Shown in pieces: positions 61,201 to 64,000 of a DNA stretch of 64,000 bases. Below the pieces are notes generated by a model. The model ran no database searches. It was given only the letters and a program-made list of their open reading frames with translations, and was not told the DNA's origin. The DNA comes from Heteronotia binoei. Its lineage: Eukaryota. The stretch lies in assembly GCF_032191835.1 (NCBI RefSeq), contig NC_083224.1:190774001-190838000 (forward strand). Reading direction: 5' to 3'. Position numbers and translations under genes: made by a program. Position 1 is the first letter of the stretch. Each line of letters starts with the position of its first letter.

Positions 61201-63771
61201 GACAGCGCTTTCCAGGGGAGGACTGAAGGTCAGCCGCAAGCAAAACACCCAGCAAGGAATACATGTCCCACGAACTCCAATGCAGTGCATTTTTCTGGGC
61301 TAGGCCAAACACCAGCCCCTTGTATTTGTGCCACGGAAAGGGTGTGGCCAAAGCAGTGGTGGAGGCATGGCCAGCCGGGCAGTACCTTCCAGGGCTTCCA
61401 TGCTCACAGTCTGGTGGGCGTTGGGGCCTCCAACCATCCAGTCAAGAGCAGCAGCAGCAGCTGTGGGGAAGACCAAAACAACAGGCTGCTCCCTGGACTG
61501 ACGATAGGACACAGCCCCGCCCCCCTGCCAGACTTACTTTTCAGCCCCTGAGGTGGGAGGGAGGAGCTACCAGTCTGCACAGCCACATCTTTCATAGGGA
61601 TCCTCCTGCCCATTGGAGGCAGGCAGGGAGAAGAGGGAGCAGAGAGCCCAGCCTCCAGAGAGGCATCCAGCCCCTCCCGATGCGAATTCTCTGAGGAGGA
61701 GGAGAGCCTGGGTGTGTCCTCAGCCAGTGAGCCAAAGTCTTCAGAGTACTGGGCACTACTGGGGTTCTGCTCGCCACTGGAACACTCCACAGAACTTCCG
61801 CCCAACTGCTCAGAGATCTCTGTTTCTTCCCCCGGGTCCTCCTCCATAGCTGCAGCAGCTTTCCCCCCCGCTGTGGCACTCAGGGACTTAAAGACGCTTT
61901 GGGGGTCAGCAAAACTCAAACATCCAGATGTCTCCATTGCTGTTGCCTAGGGGGCAAAACACAAGCACAAGTGTAGATACGACAGGTGGGGACAGAGCAG
62001 ACCACCAAATACAAAACAGGTCCCACTCCTTGCAACAGGAACCTTTAATCCTGCAACAGAAAGGAGTCTGTTGCTGTGAAGGAGACACTCCCCACCTAAA
62101 GAAGTGATGGTCGCTGCTTGTGAATGCTGTCCCAAAGCATGCCCTTGTGGCAATCCTCTTTTGCACTCTTTCTGTAGGCCTGAAGTCCCTCTTCCATCTG
62201 GGAGCCCCAAACCCTGCGCCCCGCAAAGACAATGGGGCAAAGGGGGCCTTACCTCTTCTTCCGTTAACCCTTCCTTCTGGCTAGCCAGCCTGGGAGCCAA
62301 GTCGGCAAGGCTCAAGACATTCACTTGGAAATCTGGAGGGGGGGGAGAGAGAGAGAGGTTGTCCCTTGCCATGGCCAGCCCCCTCCCTCCCTCTGGAGGC
62401 ACTGGAGCCTGGCCCCCATCCCCAGACTCTCTTCTCCCCCTGCTTTGCTTGGGCTAAGGCTGTGGCTGCCTCTAGGGCAGAGTTTCCCACTTCCTTTGGA
62501 ATGAGCAGGGAAAGGGTTTTTGAGGGTTGGCTGACTGCCAGTGATGGCTGCATGGCTTCACTGCATGAAAAGCCCTGTGAGAAATCGGCCCTTCTCCCCA
62601 GTTGCCACTTCCCCTTTTGGACCCAAGGGCCCACCCTTGCCCGCCCTGCTGCTGCTTTTGCCCTCCCTGCAAGGATCTGCTGAAAGAGCAGAGCCCTCCC
62701 CTGATAGGGGGCCACCTGGGCCTCTCCTTTCCTGCTGGACCTGGGGGACTCACCGCTGCTGGAGGAGACGTGGCTGTGGGCAGCCCCGCAGAAGAGCTCA
62801 TCCAGAGAGCTGAGGCTGCTTCCCTGGGAGAGAGATCTCCCATGCCCTGGCCTTGCAGGCCCGTCACTGTCTATTGAAGGCAAGGAAGGCGAAGCCCCCC
62901 CACTCTGAAGGAGGAGCCTCTGCAGAGAAGGAGGAGGGGCTGTTGCAGGCACCTGGAGTGAAGAAAAGGGGTGCTTGGCCTTACGTCACTAACATTCAGC
63001 TTTGCTAAAGAACTGAAGAAGGTGGTGCCTCCCTGACCCTGGAGTAGCCAGCCCAACCCAGCCCTTCCTTTCAGTGGATTCAGGTGGGGCGCCAGGGGGC
63101 AGCCGCAGCAGAAAGTCTGCATCTAGCTGAGCCCCTTGAAGACTGGCAGCGCTAATGCCGGGCTGAAGCTCTCTTGTGCACAAAAGCTTGTCCTTGTGGG
63201 ACTCCAACGTCCCTTTCGGTGCTTCCTTTCTGCACCCTGCAGGGAAGGTGGGTCCGCCTCCCCGGGCTCCAGCACCCCACTGCAGCTCCTGGCAAGGCCG
63301 GATGTACCCTAGGCAGGCAAAATCTTGGGATCCCGCTTGCAAACGGTGTGAGGGTCGGAGCGCCCGTCCCACCACCCAGGGCCCCGCTGCAGCCCCTTTG
63401 ACGAAGCTGTGGGGGAGAGACAGACTGGGGGGCGACCGGTCGGGCCCACCTGCTGGCTGGGGGGAAGCCCGGCCCGGGGCCCCTGAAGGCGTGGGAGCCC
63501 GCAGGCTAGTGCCCAGCCGGGGGTTCCGGGTCTCTTCTCCCTTCCCCGCCAAGCCGCCCACCTCCTCCTCCTCCTCCTCCTGCTGCCACCGCCGAATCCG
63601 CCTCGTCTCCACCCGCCGCTCGAGTTCGGCCAACCGCCGCAGGAGGCCGCCCGCCCGCCCCCCGCGCGCCCCCGCCGGAGGGGCAGGGAGAGGAGGAGGC
63701 CCGGCGCGTCTCTGCTGCGGCGCCTTCAAGAACCGGCCGGGAGGCGACGGCGGCCCTCCTCCCGCCTCCAT
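58207..63771 (-). CDS. C19orf44: C19orf44 orthologue (DUF4614-type C-terminus), about 387 aa; proposed complement join(63562..63771,62754..62952,62253..62332,61538..61886,61386..61460,60775..60941,58207..58290)
   Basis: Homologous motifs [58 protein letters not shown]...[26 protein letters not shown]. Syntenic tail-to-tail with CHERP. The first two exon junctions are tentative. Confidence 0.8.
58809..59460 (-). mobile_element. 5'-truncated CR1 LINE in the last C19orf44 intron
   Basis: [21 protein letters not shown]...[16 protein letters not shown]. Same subfamily as the element at 24518. Confidence 0.92.
60775..60941 (-). CDS. C19orf44: C19orf44 penultimate exon
   Basis: [55 protein letters not shown], donor GTAAGA. 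Confidence 0.92.
61386..61460 (-). CDS. C19orf44: C19orf44 internal exon
   Basis: [25 protein letters not shown], phase 1-1, donor GTACTG. Confidence 0.78.
61538..61886 (-). CDS. C19orf44: C19orf44 internal exon
   Basis: ...ETEISEQL...QYSEDF...KDVAVQT...QGLK, donor GTAAGT. Acceptor chosen by phase (tttaag). Confidence 0.75.
62253..62332 (-). CDS. C19orf44: C19orf44 internal exon
   Basis: [27 protein letters not shown], donor GTAAGG. Confidence 0.88.
62754..62952 (-). CDS. C19orf44: C19orf44 internal exon (alternative acceptor giving start 62919)
   Basis: VPATAPP...[11 protein letters not shown]...SSSS, donor GTGAGT. Confidence 0.7.
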
Positions 63772-64000
63772 CCCGCCCGACGTCACGCGGCCCGCGGCCC
63801 AAAGCAACAAGCCCCGCCCCGCCCGGGCGCCTGGCGGTCGCTTGGTAACCAACGCTGCCTTCCGCCGCGCTCTCCCGGCGGCCAATCCGAGACGGCGACG
63901 TCACGAGGGCTCGCCCGGCTCTTCCCGGCGCGTGCCGGAAACGGGCCTCCCAGCGCCGCCGTTGCCTGGCAACCTGGCTGCCCACCCCTCCCGTGGCCGG
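63300..64000 (-). promoter_or_regulatory. C19orf44 CpG-island promoter with two RFX X-boxes and CRE-like sites
   Basis: GTCGCTTGGTAAC at 63837-63849, GTTGCCTGGCAAC at 63961-63973, GACGTCAC at 63779 and 63897, CCAAT at 63882. Confidence 0.7.
63562..63771 (-). CDS. C19orf44: C19orf44 first coding exon (tentative donor)
   Basis: Strong Kozak ggg[20 protein letters not shown]...[16 protein letters not shown]...EEEEEE, phase-0 donor GTGGGC. The frame stays open to 62989 if unspliced. Confidence 0.55.

Noticed and set aside
63772-64000. Start of CALR3, expected by synteny
   Set aside because: No signal-peptide or calreticulin coding sequence is visible before the window ends.

Overview
Vertebrate genomic DNA, most likely a squamate and probably a gecko (inferred from abundant Squam3-type SINEs with (TCT)n tails plus CR1 and L2 LINEs). 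The window is the orthologue of the human 19p13.11 block in reverse orientation. It contains TMEM38A exon 1 (-), head-to-head with SMIM7 (+, 5 exons, 75 aa), then MED26 (+, 3 exons, 607 aa), SLC35E1 (+, 6 exons, 417 aa), CHERP (+, 17 coding exons, last exon ambiguous) and a tail-to-tail C19orf44 (-, about 7 exons, shortened N-terminus). Exon boundaries were read by hand from GT/AG sites, and all phases add up. Homology calls rest on my recall of the human proteins; no database search was run. Introns and intergenic DNA carry Squam3 SINEs, CR1/L2 fragments and hAT/Tigger MITEs with clear target-site duplications. The most unusual features are: (1) repeated multimerisation of retroelement 3' ends, including a 134-bp array with a 536-bp higher-order period inside CHERP intron 2; (2) a 480-bp triplication holding both SINE-filled and empty copies of one site; (3) a SINE that separates a CHERP branch point from its acceptor; (4) facing poly(A) signals of CHERP and C19orf44 about 30 nt apart. 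I see no prokaryotic system, CRISPR array or true RNA gene.
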